The notes: generated by a model from the sequence alone, not told the origin. Counted from the stretch's first letter, positions 40,565 to 55,893 are shown. The stretch is 64,000 nucleotides of DNA from Octopus vulgaris (GCA_951406725.2 OX597836.1:49042001-49106000); one strand, 5' to 3'. Numbers and translations are program-made.

Positions 40565-40992
40565 AACATTCTTTGACTGATAAGGAGCAGGAAATATCAA
40601 CCAAGTACCTGATGCACAAAAAGGATAGAGATGCAGGTAAAGCCGTAAAATGTGACAACCGATGCAGGAGTTTACACTGAAGATATCACCCACATCATAA
40701 GCAGTTGTCCGAAAATGTCATCACGGTATTATCTACCGATGAGACATGACGTTGTAGCTAGGACACTCTATAATGAAATCCGTCGGAAGGATAATCCCGA
40801 GCACAAAGAAACAAGAACCCACAATATGGTAGAAGCCATAGCCACTCATAATGAAAAAGAATACGGTGGAATGTCCCGGTGAAGACCTCAGTAAAATTTA
40901 AGCTCAACAAACCTGATAGAATGATTTGGGATAGAGAAGAGAAACTGTGCACAGTTGTGGACATTTGCTGCTCAGCGGATGTTAACATAATC
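40565..40992 (+). mobile_element. R4/Dong-type LINE fragment (CCHC and RLE)
   Basis: EQEISTKYL, EDITHIISSCPKMSSRYYLPMRHDVVA, NKPDRMIWDREEKLCTVVDI; same family as 45985-46575(-). Confidence 0.8.
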
Positions 40993-41083
40993 ACGTGCTT
41001 AAACGCTTAGGGTTGATCGTTTTAAGCAACGACAGTAAAAGCACTCAATCCCACAGGCATGTGTGTGTGTTTGTATGTATATA

Positions 41084-41239
41084 GGCGCAGGAGTGGCTGT
41101 GTGGTAAGAAGCTTGCTTCCCACCCACATTGTTCCAGGTTCAGTCCCATTGCGTGGAACCGTGGGCATGTGTCTTCTACTATAGCCGACCAAAGCCTTGT
41201 GAGTGGATTTGGTTGACGGAAACTGAAAGAAGCCCGTCG

Positions 41240-41314
<75 letters not shown>

Positions 41315-41540
41315 GCGTGTGTGTGTGCATGCGTGTGTGTGTTTGTTCCCCCTCACCATCACTTGACAACCGATGGTGGTCTGTTTACGTCCCTGTAACT
41401 TAGCAGTTTGGCAAAAGAGACCGATAGAATAAGTACTAAGCTTACAAAGAATAAGTCCTGGGGTCGATTTGTTCGACTAAAAAGCGATGCTCCAGCATGG
41501 CCGCAGTCAGTTGACTGAAACAAGTAAAAGAGTAAAAGAA
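41084..41540 (+). mobile_element. Main SINE, full length
   Basis: tRNA-like head, central (TA)(TG)n, conserved 3' tail ending aagtaaaagag. Confidence 0.9.
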
Positions 41541-41799
41541 TACAGTGTACACACACACATGTATGCTCGTGTGTTCGATGTGTATAAATGCACACACACA
41601 CACACATACATACATTCATATGTATACATACATATACATCTATAAGGACACATGCAGCCGCGTTTGTGTGTGTGAGAAGTGTTTGCGCGTGCGCGTAGAT
41701 CTATCGCAATGTGAATGTATGCCCACGTGTGTGTATATAGGTCAATGCGTGTGTGCGTTTGTTGTGTACCGAGTTGGAAAAACAACAAAAAACAATGCA

Positions 41800-42520
41800 A
41801 AGAAGGAAGGAACGAATTGATAAAGTGAACGAAAGAAAAAGGAGGAATGAGAAAGAGGAAAGGAGAGCAAGGGAGAAAGAGACAGGGAGAGAGACAGAAA
41901 GAGAGAGCGAGAGGGAGAGAAATCGAGAGAGAGATAGAGTGAGAGAGACAGGGAGAAAGAGAGAGAGAGAGAGTAAGAAAGAGAGAAGGAGAGTAAGAGA
42001 CAGGAAGAGAGAGAAAGGGAGAAGATAAACTGAGAAAGAGAGAGATTGAGAAGGAGGGAGGGAGGGAGAGAGAGAAGAAGTGGAGGAAGACAATAAGTGG
42101 AAAGAGGAAATAAAAAGAGAGAAAATGTATAAAAGGGGGAGGGGAGGAGGGGGAAGAGAGTATGAGAGGAGAGAGAGAGGGAAGGGGAGGGAGAGGGAGG
42201 GAAGGTATTAGAAATAGATGGGTAAAGTGGAAGGGAGAAAGAGAGGGAGAGAGGGAGAGTGTGATAAATTGATGGAAGAGAAGAGAGTGAATGAGAAAGA
42301 AGGAGAAAAGAGAAAAGTGATAGAGATAAGGTGATAGAGCGAGGAGGAAGACACTAGGAGATCGGACGAGAGAGAGAGGGAGAGAGAGAGGGAGAGAGAG
42401 TGAGAGAGAGAGAGAGAGAGAGGACGAGAGAGAAACAGAAAAAGAGAGACAGACAAAGAGTGAGAGAGAGAGAGTGTGAGAGAGAGAGAGAGAGAGAGAG
42501 TAGACGAGAGAGAGAGAGAT
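41800..42520. repeat. Polypurine (GA-rich) low-complexity tract
   Basis: Direct reading; a similar tract lies at 51860-52245. Confidence 0.9.
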
Positions 42521-43077
42521 GCGGAAATTATTGTTTCAAAATGGAGTCTGAAGCAAGGAAAGAAGCGGTTGTGTTCTTCGCTCTGATCCGCCTTTGCTGG
42601 AGAAGGAAAGATGCATTGACCAATGAGAAGCCGTGCTTTCGCTGCTGCTGCTGCTGCTGCTGCTGTTTATTGCTTCTGTGCTGTAATCTAATGTGTTCTG
42701 ATGTGTTCTGTGTGTTTGTATGTGTGTTTGTATTATGTATACTCTGTGTGTGTGTGCGCGCGTTCGAATTGAGTTGTGTATATGAGTTGCATGCGTGTAT
42801 TGTGATTCTCTGCGTTGAATCTTGCTTCAAGTGGTGTGTATAGGAATTGCATTGGTGTGTGTGTGCGTGTGTGTTGGAATCGAGTTGTATAACTATGTTG
42901 TATAATACTGTTATTGGTGTCTATATTTATAAATATATATATATATATATGTATGTATATATGTATGTATATGTATGTATGTATCTGTGTGTTCGTGTAT
43001 ATGTTGTTTGTCGTTTGTATATTGTATGTCTTTGTGTTTGCATTGTTTTGTGTGTGTGCGTGTTTCTGTGTGTGTTT

Positions 43078-43122
<45 letters not shown>

Positions 43123-43574
43123 CGTGTGTGCGTGTGTGTGCGTGTGTGTGTGTGTGTCGTTTAAGTAAAGTACCATTGTTTAACCTCAGGCCCACACTGA
43201 ATGAGTAAACCTATAAGAAAAGACATTCCAACCACGACCACTCCGTCTTTTTAGGATTGCCTACCACTTTGTGGTAGAGATGAGGGAGATTTGTCTCTTG
43301 CTTCTAGCGGACAGTGTAGTCTTCAGTCCAAAGTCGGCCGTAACCAAACAAACTTACCAAACAGCCTGTCCTCTACTCAGTTTCATTGTATCTTAGACGA
43401 CATTATTCAATATATCTTCTCTTTCTAAGAGTGTAGCGTTTGATTTGAGGGAGATTTGGCTGTTGTATCTAGCAAGTTCAGTGAGCGTGTAGAAGCACCA
43501 CTGGTTGGTTCCTGCTTGCGTGTACATGTGTGTGATACCATTGGATATTTCTGTTTCTGAGTGTGTTATAGTGG

Positions 43575-43617
<43 letters not shown>

Positions 43618-43906
43618 AGTATCGTTATGTAACTGTTAGTGTGTGTATGGTTCTTTGCCTGTATATTAGTATCTAGGCGTGTATTTATACATCCGCATAG
43701 ACATGTATTCGTGAAACTGGACTGCGCATGCGTCGGAGTTTGGCTTCTATTTCTAACGAGTCAAGCAATCTAATTGAAATTGTAAAGTTTTCCTTGTGGG
43801 ATCGTGTGTACATGTATGTATGTATGTATGTATGTATGTATGTATGTATGTATGTATGTATGTTTTTATGTATGTATGTATGTATGTATGTATGTATGTA
43901 TGTATG

Positions 43907-43945
<39 letters not shown>

Positions 43946-43978
43946 ATATATATATAATGCGTGTGTATGTGTGTGTGC

Positions 43979-44020
<42 letters not shown>

Positions 44021-44262
44021 TTGCTATTATGCAAGAGTGTCGTATGTCCTAAACGTTGCTTTTTCAGAAGACGAAAAAATAGTTTCACCATTCCATAGCA
44101 AAACCGTTATACTACACTTTTTTTTTTCTTGGCATCTGAAACAGCTGGAGATAGGATAGTTTGACCAAAAGAACCGGCTACTGCAAGCAAAAATAAATAT
44201 TGACACAAAAAAAACCGCATCTGAACAAATTTGGACATATGACAGTTTAACATAATAGCAAC

Positions 44263-44355
<93 letters not shown>

Positions 44356-44440
44356 GTATATATAGAAGCAGGAATGGGTAGGTGGTAAGAAGTTTGCTTC
44401 CCAATCAGATGGTTTCCGTCGTATATACGTATATACATAC

Positions 44441-44493
<53 letters not shown>

Positions 44494-44611
44494 ATTGAAG
44501 AAATGGAGTTGAACGAAGATTGAACAGAAATCGTTTTATTTCATTCTACACGTGTTTCGAAACTTTTGATTAATCTGCAACAAGATTATTCATCTTTCTA
44601 TTTCACATAAT

Positions 44612-44678
<67 letters not shown>

Positions 44679-45126
44679 TTGTATGTGTGTTTTTCCCCCC
44701 ACCATCGCTTGACAACCGATATTGATGTGTTTACGTCCCCGTAACTTAGTGGTTCGGCAACGAAACCAATAGTGTTAGATCTAGGCTTACAAAGTATAAG
44801 TCCTGGGGTCTAAATGTTCGACTAAAAGTGATGCTCAATCATTGCTGCAGTCAAGTGATTGAAACAAATAAAAGAAATATATATATATATATATATATAA
44901 GTTCAGTAAAATTAGTATTCAGTTGAATATGTTACTTAAGTTAAAGGCACCAGAATTTGGTATGGTATTATCCATATAATTTAAAATGGGGTGATTACAA
45001 TCAAAATAAGCAGTAAGGATATTTGCATGGTTCAATTAAGTGGAGTCGCATGAAACGATTGTACTGCATTACATCTGGATATCATTGTTGCTTATTTTGA
45101 ATATATATATATATATTAATATTTTA

Positions 45127-45157
<31 letters not shown>

Positions 45158-45572
45158 ATTTATGAACTTCATTCCCTGATTTTGGATACATGTGTGTGTG
45201 TGTGTGTGTGTGAGTGTTTATAAGTAAGTATGTCTGTATGGCTTCTCTTGCAAAGGAAAAAGAAAACCAGGAAATGAAGATGGGAAAAAATGGCACATGT
45301 TTATATCAGAAATCTAAGCAGCAGCGAATTCTAACGCACAGTTTTCGGTTTGGCAAATGTGTTCATATCGTATGTATGGCACTGTGACAGTGCCGCAGCT
45401 GTTGGCCCTGGTGGATGTGCAGAGGTAACTGTATGTATGTATGTTAGTATGCATGTATGTATGTATGTATGTATGTATGTATGTATGTATGTATGTATGT
45501 ATGTATATATGTATGTATGTACATATGTATGTATGTATGTATGAATGTATGTATGCATGGTATGTATGTACG

Positions 45573-45618
<46 letters not shown>

Positions 45619-45984
45619 TACACGCACATATGTACGTATGTGTGTATGTATATATGCATGTATGTATATATGTTATTGAGTTTTATTTCAAGATTTCTTG
45701 CCAATAGAGAAAGAACCGGTTTCTAACCTAGATCCAAGACTCTTTCATTGGAATTTCAACATCAACAGCAGAATATTTTTGCATGTATGTGGGTATGTGT
45801 GCCGTATTTCGAGTCAGAACATCTGCAGATTTGTGTGTTTTTCTTTATGTATGTATTCTCATGCATATAGTTACATATCTAGACAAGCTCAGATATATTT
45901 AAATGATAAAGTTCTGGAAAGCTTCACAAAGTTTTACAATTTCTTTGATGGATTGGATCTTAGTCTGCCAATTAGCTGTCTTCT

Positions 45985-46575
45985 TTCTGGTTTTGAGAAG
46001 CCTGATTTCTCAAGATTGGTAAACCTAATTTCTCAATATTTTCAGGCATAAACTTGAACTTGTAATCTGGATAGAGTAGCTGTAGATTTCTCAGTAGTTC
46101 AGCATAGGTGTTCTCTTTTTCACTGATCTTCCGCTTTATGTTAACATCTGCTGGGCAGCTAATTTCCACAACTGTACACAGTTTCTCTTCTCTATCCCAA
46201 ATCATTATATCAGGTCTGTTGTGCTTACATTTTATCGAGGTCTTCATCAGGACATTCCACCAGTATTCATTATTAGGAATGGCGATAACTTCTACTATAT
46301 TGTGGGTTCTTGGTTCTTTGTCCCCAGGGTTATCCTTCCGACGGATCTCCATATACAGTGTCGTGGCTACATCATGTCTCATCGATTGATAATAACCCGA
46401 TTACATTTTCGGACAACTGCTTATGATGTGGCTGATATTTTCGGTGTTAACTCTATAAAGTCTGCACTGGTCATCACATTTTAGTGTTTTCTCTGCTTCT
46501 CTGTCCATTTTGTGCATCAGGTAAATTCCTCTTCCTGTGTGGCAAACACATTCCCTTCAAAGTGTGAGTTGCAAT
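45985..46575 (-). mobile_element. R4/Dong-type LINE fragment (RLE)
   Basis: MRHDVA...HNRPDIMIWDREEKLCTVVEISCPADVN...EKENTYAEL. Confidence 0.8.
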
Positions 46576-46761
46576 GTATTAATGTATGTATGTATGCGTG
46601 CAGGTATGAATGTGTGTGTATGCGTGTACGGATGTACGTAAGTATGATTTTCTTTGAGATTCATTAAAGTTTTTTCTCCACAAACTCAAATTTACCACTG
46701 ACAACAAATTGGCAAGGCTTTGTGGGAGGGGGGCGGAGAGAAAGAAGGAAAGAAAGATAGA

Positions 46762-46806
<45 letters not shown>

Positions 46807-46839
46807 ATATATGTATGTATATAATTATATATATTTTTT

Positions 46840-47505
46840 TTTTACTTGTTTCAGTTATTTGACTGTGGCCATGCTGGAGCACCGCCTTTAGTCGAGCAAA
46901 TCGACCCCGGGACTTATTCTTTGTAAGCCCAGTACTTATTCTATCGGTCTCTTTTGCCGAACCGCTAAGTGACGGGGACGTAAACACATCAGCATCGGTT
47001 GTCAAGCAATGCTAGGGGTACAAACATAGACACACAAACACACACAGGCATATATATATACATATCATCATCATTCATCATTGTTCGACCATGGTCGAGA
47101 CAATGGAATTTACCATGTTGCGCCAGACTTCACGGTCCATCATGGCATTACGGAGGTCCTGTTGCTGGATGCCTGTATCCCTGGAGATTACATCTGGGTA
47201 GGAGAGTGTGCGCCCTCTGGTATTGCGAGTAGATGGCTTCCAGAGGAGAAGAGTAGAAATTACTTCTTTTTCAGCTCTACAACAATGTCCAGCAAACTGG
47301 ACTCTCCTACCTTTCACAAGAGATGACACATATACATATATACGACAGGCTTCTTTCAGTTTCCGCCTACCAAATCCACTCACAAGGCATTGGTCGGCCC
47401 GAGGCTATAGCAGAAGACACTTGCCCAAGATGCCACGCAGTGGGACTGAACCCGGAACTATGTAGTTGGTTAGCAAGCTACTTACCACACAGCCACTCCT
47501 GCGCC
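46840..47505 (-). mobile_element. Main SINE with an RTE 3' fragment (47065-47330) nested in its central microsatellite
   Basis: SINE 3' part at 46840-47045, 5' part at 47340-47505. Confidence 0.85.
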
Positions 47506-47739
47506 TGTATGTGTATAATTATATATATATATATTTGTTAAACAGGACAGCAAACATAAAGGCAAGGCAAATATCTCAAGTCGTATACCATATTATTATA
47601 GAAAGAAATTCAAAATCTTACAGCTACTTCTGAGATATCCCCGAGTATGGGAAAATGAGAATGGCATATATTAATGAGATGACGGACTTAATCGCTTAGA
47701 TCATCTGTGAACTAAACCCCCATACTTTATATATATATT

Positions 47740-47927
<188 letters not shown>

Positions 47928-47930
47928 GAT

Positions 47931-49479
47931 ATGTTTCTTTATTAGCCACACAGGGCTGCACACAGACAGAACAAATTACAAGGTAGAGCTTTTCTTTTGG
48001 GGGGTAAAAAAAAAGGGGGTTGGTTTTCGATCAAAAGGGATCGTAAAAGGAAAGAAAGAGGACAAAAAAGGGGGAGGATTTTAAAAAAGGGGGGGAAGGA
48101 AAGGGGAAAGGAAAAAAAAGTTGATCAATAGGGATCGTAATCACAGATATGTCAAAATGAAGTGTAAAGGGGAGGACAGGTGAGGTTTACCCGTGGAAGG
48201 AAAAGCCTACGGAAAAGACCATGGTAACCTCGGTCAATGAAGTCACATGTTATATTTCTTTTTTTTTTTTTTTTTGCAAATAAGCAACTCTCTGTATTAA
48301 TTTTTACGGTTCATAGAATCATAGTCAAGGTGGCTTCGTCATTCATACGTGCCATCCTTGCTACATTCACCCATCTTTTTTAAAACATTCACTAGACAAA
48401 ACTTGCCTCTCTACTCTCACTTTCCTCTTCAAGTGATACTTCAAGAAGTTGATGAGAGATTGACCAGAGAGGAAAGTGTTTGTCTCTAATCCTTTCAGGC
48501 GCGTCCACCAGATACATTCTTTCACCATAGCCACAAGTATGATAAAAATAGCTCTTCCTTCCCGTTTGAAGGAAGGAGGCGTGACGATATTAACGATAGA
48601 CTCGGCTGATAAACCGACTCGTCCCACACGTGACAGCAGTCGTTCGACATAAGCCCACAGGTCGGAAATTGCTGGACACTGCACGATTGAGTGCAGAGCG
48701 GTTTCGTCGCTCTGCCCGCATCTCGGGCAGGTCGGTCCCGTGTTTCTCGAGCCATGCCTATAGAGCTTATCCCGAACGGGTAGCGCTTCTCGGTAGCACC
48801 GCCAGGCCAGGGATCTCTGGAAGTTGTCCATAAGTCCCGGGCCGAAAGTCGTTTGAAACAGGCGGGTCAGGTATTCCTCGTCGACGCCCAGGTTTGCCCC
48901 GAGATCGTCGTCGTACCTCCCCTCCACTAATCCCCTATAGAATGCTTTGGTTGTGTTGAAGTCACTCAAGGTCGACCCGGGACGGCAGAGTTGCTTGAGA
49001 GCAACGCGACCCTCGCGGTGCCATTCGCCCTTCCTCGGCCTCTTTTTGATCCACGACTGCAGTTCGGTCATGGAGACGAGTTGCGGGAATGCGTGCCTCA
49101 CAAACGGCGACCACACCTGTTTACCGTCGTCTACATAGAGCCGGAGATGTCGCAGTCTCAGCGCGTGTCTGCGCATCATCAACCACGGCATGCCCAGTCC
49201 TCCTTTTAACGGGTGTTGACAGCAAATGGATCGCCTGACCATCGGGTCGCATCCTTTCCACAAGAAGCGGAAGAGAATGCGTTCTAGTTTGGTGATGGTA
49301 GGGTCGGGACAAGGTACGACGGTCAGGCGGTAGTAGATGATGGACGCGATGTACGCGTTCGCCACCTCCGCCCGACCTTTTAGGGACAGTTTCCTTTCGG
49401 CCCATTGCTGGGCGAGAGTGACCACCCTACTCGTTATCTCGTTCCAGTTCTTCTCCATTTGGAGGTCCGGACCGAACCA
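47931..49479 (-). mobile_element. Tx1/L1-clade LINE, 5'-truncated, apparently young, embedded in (TATC)n
   Basis: About 370 uninterrupted codons: [12 protein letters not shown]...[11 protein letters not shown]...PLKGGLG...LPVRDKL...[18 protein letters not shown]; 3' UTR with AATAAA just before (TATC)n. Confidence 0.92.
48367..49479 (-). CDS. Tx1-type ORF2 C-terminal portion (post-RT region and CCHC zinc knuckle)
   Basis: ORF 48367-49653 minus its microsatellite-derived N-terminus. The true C-terminus is probably [22 protein letters not shown] after a 1-nt slip in the A-run near 48380. Confidence 0.8.
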   Translation of the reverse strand, partial: WFGPDLQMEKNWNEITSRVVTLAQQWAERKLSLKGRAEVANAYIASIIYYRLTVVPCPDPTITKLERILFRFLWKGCDPMVRRSICCQHPLKGGLGMPWLMMRRHALRLRHLRLYVDDGKQVWSPFVRHAFPQLVSMTELQSWIKKRPRKGEWHREGRVALKQLCRPGSTLSDFNTTKAFYRGLVEGRYDDDLGANLGVDEEYLTRLFQTTFGPGLMDNFQRSLAWRCYREALPVRDKLYRHGSRNTGPTCPRCGQSDETALHSIVQCPAISDLWAYVERLLSRVGRVGLSAESIVNIVTPPSFKREGRAIFIILVAMVKECIWWTRLKGLETNTFLSGQSLINFLKYHLKRKVRVERQVLSSECFKKDG

Positions 49480-49493
49480 GATAGATAGATAAG

Positions 49494-49557
<64 letters not shown>

Positions 49558-49558
49558 C

Positions 49559-49625
<67 letters not shown>

Positions 49626-50081
49626 CAGATAAAAGAAAAACGAAGAAAGACACAAGAAAAAACCAACAACACGAGGACGTGGTACATGCAAAGTATTGAA
49701 ACTTACATGTGCTAACATGTACCTCCTTGCGACAATGTAAACTTTCATTTAATCAAGATATCGTTGGCCTAAAGAGTAGCCTGTGGTATACACCTCACTC
49801 GGATATTTACCACTTGTGAAGTTGCGCTCACTATGAAACGTATGTGGACCGGATTTTGTCTACTTCATTCCTTAACTCTTATCTTCTTATCCGCACACCT
49901 GGCAACCCTGGTATAAAAAGAACTTTTTTTTTCAATTTATCGTTCTTCGATAAGAAAGAAAATCCACAACCTTTCGTCTCAATAAACCACTCTTGTCCCT
50001 GAAAGTTGTTTTTTCATATTTACTACAGATTGCTTGAAGCTAACTTTCTTCCTACACCTCGATCTTTGGATCTTATATATA

Positions 50082-50480
50082 TACTCTTTTACTCTTTTAC
50101 TTGTTTCAGTCATTTGACTGCGGCCATGCTGGAGCACCGCCTTTAATCGAGCAACTCGATCCCGGGACTTATTCTTTTGTAAGCCCAGTACTTATTCTAT
50201 CGGTCTCTTTTGCCGAACCGCTAAGTAACGGGGACATAAACACACCAGCATCGGTTGTCAAGCAATGCTAGGGGGACAAACACAGACACACACACACTCA
50301 TATATATATACATATATACGACGGGCTTCTTTCAGTTTCCGTCTACCAAATCCACTCACAAGGCTTTGGTCGGCCCGAGGCTATAGTAGAAGACACTTGC
50401 CCAAGGTGCCACGCAGTGGGACTGAACCCGGAACTATGTGGTTGGTAAACAAGCTACTTACCACACAGCCACTCCTGCGC
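50082..50480 (-). mobile_element. Main SINE, full length, well preserved
   Basis: Complete head, centre and tail. Confidence 0.9.
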
Positions 50481-50497
50481 CTACAGCCACTACTGCG

Positions 50498-50548
<51 letters not shown>

Positions 50549-50827
50549 TGTATATAAGAGCACTCTGCCGGTTGCGACGACGAGGGTCCCTGCTGATCCG
50601 ATCAACGGAACAGTTGGCTCGCGAAATTAATGTGCAAGTGGCTGAGTGCTCCACAGACACGTGTACCCCTAACGTAGTTCTGAGGGAGATTCAGCATGAC
50701 ACAGTGTGTGACCAGACTGTCCATTTGAAATACAGGTACGACTCATTTTTGCCAGCTGAGTGGACTGGAGCAACGTGAAATAAAGTGTCTTGCTCAAGGA
50801 CACAATGCGTCGCCGGTAATTGAACTA
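50549..50827 (-). mobile_element. Third SINE family (core gtgtccttgagcaagacacttt...ccactcagctg)
   Basis: Typical SINE2 core motif; related head at 17630-17750(-). Confidence 0.7.
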
Positions 50828-50831
50828 ACTA

Positions 50832-50872
<41 letters not shown>

Positions 50873-52557
50873 CACGTTTCGTGACGTCCTGTGCCCACAT
50901 ATGCATATATATATATATGTGTAGATGTATGTACATATACGTATCTAAATAAGCATATATATATTATATTATATTATATTTTATATATATATATATATAT
51001 TATATATATATCATATATATATATAAAACCTGTATCGTATGTATTGAGATGAATAAGAGAAAATTGATTGCGATCCGCCCATGGTTACATTCGTAGCTCA
51101 TTGATGATGTAATCAATATATTGCGTAATCGCTGTCGTCCATCAAAGCTGTGAGATGGGTTCCTTTCGGGGATTTTTCTTAATGTTGACATCAGGTCCTG
51201 ATGTCTTTTTACTCCCTACGAGAATGGACCGCCAAAACAATATTCTATTTTCAGCAATTTGCAGAGAAAACTAAACCCATGGATAAAATGGCAGGCAAAA
51301 CACGAAATATAGAAAGAAAGAAACACACACACATGACACACACACACACACACACACACACAGCTATGGACAAGCTTTGCATAGCATACATGCTATTAAG
51401 GTTTTACACAAATTTTATTCAACTATCATGTGTGTGTGTTGTGTGTGTACGTATGTGTGTGAATGTATGTGTTCATATGTGTATGTGTGTGTATGCGTGT
51501 ATATGCGCGTGTGGGTTTGTGTGTGTGTATGTGTGTGTGCGTGCGTGTGTGTGTATGTATGTATGTTTGTATGTATGTGTGTATGTGTGTGTGTGTATGT
51601 ATGTGTGTATGTGTGTGTATGTATGTGTGTATGTGTGTGTGTATGTATGTGTGTATGCACGCAAGCGTGCATGTGTGTGTGGGTGTGCATGCGTGTGTGT
51701 GTTTGAGTGTTTGTGTGTGTGTTAGTATATGTGTGTGTGTGTGTGTGTGTGAATGTAGAGGTGTGCCTATGTAGCAGCACTTGAGCGTGTGGCACATATT
51801 TGTGCGTCCGGCTGAAAGTTACGTTATTGCGTAGCAAGAATTAAAATGAAACGTTTGGATGGAAGAGAGAGAGAGAGGAGGGAGGAGGGGGAGGGGTCCG
51901 AGAAGGAAAATAGGGAAAGCGAGAGGAGGGGGGGGGAGGAGGGGGATATGATGAATGAAAGGGGACTGGTTGGGGTTGGGATGGAAGAATAAATGAATGA
52001 AAGAGAGAAATGATGGAAGGGAAGAGAGGGGGAATAGGGGTTGAAAGAAAGAAAAGGGGAGAAGGAAATAGAAGGAAAGATGGAGGGGAGAAGGAAGGAT
52101 GAAGGAGAAAATGAATGCGAAGAAGTATTAATAATGAGAGAGAGAGAGAGAGCGAGAGAGGGGGAGGGAGTGAAAAATAAGAATGGGAGAATACGAATGA
52201 GTGAAGGAGAAAAAGTAGGGCTGTGGGGGGGGGGGGGGGGGGGGTGAGAACCCCGCTTTCCGATCACCTGGTCTCGGGTTCAGTTCCAGTGAACGGCACT
52301 TTGAGAAAGAGTCTTCTACAAAATGCCTTGAATGAGAATTTGGTAGAAGGAAACTGCGTGGAAGCCCGTCAACTATATACATAGACCTACACATACACAC
52401 GCACATACATACACACATACATACACACATACACACAGAGATGAACATTTAAACAAAGGTATAAAACTGATGGATAGGCAGGTTGATGAATTTGCTGCGT
52501 CAAGACACAAACATGCCTTCCTCCCTCCCTCTCTGTCTGTCTCTCTCTCTGTCTCTG

Positions 52558-52589
<32 letters not shown>

Positions 52590-52599
52590 TTTCTCTCTT

Positions 52600-52641
<42 letters not shown>

Positions 52642-52695
52642 CTTATATGCATATACACAAGTATGTATAAACATAAACATCTACACACACTCACA

Positions 52696-52738
<43 letters not shown>

Positions 52739-53027
52739 TTATATGTATATATATATGTGTGTGTGTACACACACACACACACACACACACACACCTTCCA
52801 AAGATCACATGTGTGCTGTATGCACTATTACGTTTTGTCCTGCTGCCAATCAAAGCACCCTCCCACTGCCACCAACATGGCACAATAAGCACCGGAGTTG
52901 TTATACGTATTACATAGTGACCACCACCACCGACACCACTGACACTGCATGTAGAGACTTCCTCATCACCTTTTACCTCACCACCGCAGTATATATATGT
53001 GTGTGTGTGTCTATATATAGATATATA

Positions 53028-53095
<68 letters not shown>

Positions 53096-53209
53096 CTTGT
53101 AATATATATTCGAATGTATATGTGTGTATGTGTGTGTGCGCGTGTCTATATGTATTTGTGTATGCATACGTATGTATATAGTTATATATACACTAATATG
53201 CGCTAATAG

Positions 53210-53247
<38 letters not shown>

Positions 53248-53499
53248 GTGTTTGTGTGCATGAATGCATATATGTATGCATGCATGTATCAGTGCTTGTA
53301 TGTATGCATGCATGTATGTGCGTGTATGTGTGTGTGTATGTGTGTATGTGTGTATGTGTGTGTGTATGCTTGTATATTTGCGAGTGCCCGATGCCACGGG
53401 AGCTACTCAGGTGCCTGGAGTTTGGTGGAAACGGATACCTGTTATACCACGAAACTCTGGGCCCTGAATAACTCTTGTGTGCTATTTTCAGGTAATTAG

Positions 53500-53531
<32 letters not shown>

Positions 53532-53682
53532 TGGGGGCAATGATTTTTGATCTGGTTTCTTTCTCCTTCAATAAAACAGTTCCCCCCTCTCTCTCTTTCA
53601 CTCTCTATCTATCTTTGAATGAATGAATCTATCAATCAATCAATCAATCTCTCTGTATCTGTTTCTCTGTCTCTCTTTCTTC

Positions 53683-53713
<31 letters not shown>

Positions 53714-54060
53714 TGTATGTATGTATGTATGTATGTATGTATGTATGTATGTATGTGTGTATGTATGTATGTATGTATGTATGTATGTATGTGTGTGTGT
53801 GTGTATGAGTGAGTGTATGAGTGTGTGTTTGGATGTATGTATGCCATTGTGTGTGTGTATGTCTGCTCGTGTGTACATACCGATGTATATATTGATACAT
53901 GCACGTGTACCTCGATATATGCGCAAATTTAAGTTCATAAACACACACACACACACAATGCACGCACACACATACACACGTCTACATACATGTACGCGGG
54001 TATATTATGACGTATTTGAGAGAGAGAGTGGGTGTGCGCTAATAAATCTACATCCACATG

Positions 54061-54092
<32 letters not shown>

Positions 54093-54288
54093 GATACACT
54101 CACATGCATACACTCTCGCTTATAAATGTCTGCATGCGTATACGTCTAATATATATATATATGTGTATGTGTGTGTGTGTGTGTGTTTGTGTGTGTGTAT
54201 TTTTATTTTACTTTCACTTTCACACATGTATTTTCAAACTATATTTCTATGTACATTGCATGTACAAATATATACGTGTATATATAGG

Positions 54289-54405
<117 letters not shown>

Positions 54406-55327
54406 GTATGTGTGTGTGTGTATGAATTTATGCACACACACATTTGCACCCATGCACATGCGCATATGATTTGCTGTGCAACTACGTCCTTCGCTCTGCC
54501 ATGTACCCGTACACACCCCCTTCACCCCCTCCGGTGCATAGCTGTACTCTCATCATCTCCCCTCCCCCCTTTTCTTCAATGTGCTTTGTATGCAGATGAT
54601 CTGAAGCAACCACACACACACAAACCTCCTACCCCCACCTCACCCCACCCGCATTTCACCAAGAACCACTGAGTGCATCTATGCGGGTTGGATCTTTTAT
54701 ACATATGCTAGAAATAGCAGTCAACTCCTCCTCACAGAATACGTTGGAGGACGTGGTTCCAGGGTATCCAGTGTATACGAAACAGATGGGATGGTCACAG
54801 CTGGAAGCACTTTCATCATGGGTCTGCTAAATCATTGTGAAGCAGAGGCTAAACAACAACAGCAACAATAACAACAACAAGCCAAGACAGCCTAAAAGCT
54901 ACCATGGTAGAAATAGCAGCTAAATCTCCCCCGCCTCCCAATAGCTTAATGGCTTTCTTGAAATAAGAATGAAGGACGCTTGGATAAGATATATTATGTC
55001 ATAAAAACGTATAAATTGGGACGGGGTGGCCATGGCTGAAGTGTCTTTTCTTATAGTGCCCGTCAGCGTTGACCTCACTTGACCTGCCAGAAACACCAGC
55101 CAAATAACCTTTATCAGAAACTACTGAAAAGAAAAGATGTGAGGTCACGGCTAGAATGGTTGATGAGAGGTCAGCTGAAACCAGGGTTCACCTGTGGTTA
55201 AATAACAGCAACAACAATAACAACAGCAGTGACATACAATCGTACGCAATAACCTTGCTTCTTTCAAACACACACGCGCGTGCACACACATACATACACA
55301 TAAAATACACATGCTTGCACCTCCTTC

Positions 55328-55383
<56 letters not shown>

Positions 55384-55417
55384 GTATGTGTATGTGTGTG
55401 TGTGTGTATGTGTGTAT

Positions 55418-55597
55418 AGGGAGAATTCACAAAAAAACAAAAGACGAAGGCAGGTAGTGTAGACAACAAACAGGTGTATTGGTTTATCGCTCGGGAAGTG
55501 AAAAAGTCTTTAACGTTTCGAGCCTACGCTCCTCCACAGATAGGAACACAGAAAGAAACAAGGGGAGAAAATAAAGAATGAGTAGTGGCTAGCGGCA
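55418..55597 (-). mobile_element. Short HHR element, family A (core CUGUGGA); HHR at 55508-55543
   Basis: ctat CTGTGGA g gagc-gtag-gctc GAA ACGT T aaag. Confidence 0.75.
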
Positions 55598-55780
55598 TAT
55601 ATACACCCGCATATGCAAACAGACATACTCGCACACACGCACATACACACATATAATATACACACTCCTACACATAAAGCTGCAGTGTCCCCTACCCTTG
55701 TCCCCTACCCTACTCACATGCACACTTGGTGAGCACTAAGTACATGGATGTATGTATAGGCACTTATCTATATATACATG

Positions 55781-55820
<40 letters not shown>

Positions 55821-55893
55821 TACATACTTACACACATGCATATATATATATGATATATATTATATATACACATATACATATATACATACATAC

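Noticed and set aside
45370-45400. miR-183-like seed TATGGCACTG
   Set aside because: Only the seed matches; it is a short palindrome, not a pre-miRNA hairpin.
49810-49850. Additional HHR (ccac TTGTGAA ... GAAACGTA tgtgg)
   Set aside because: Too many core deviations and an ambiguous helix I/II register.
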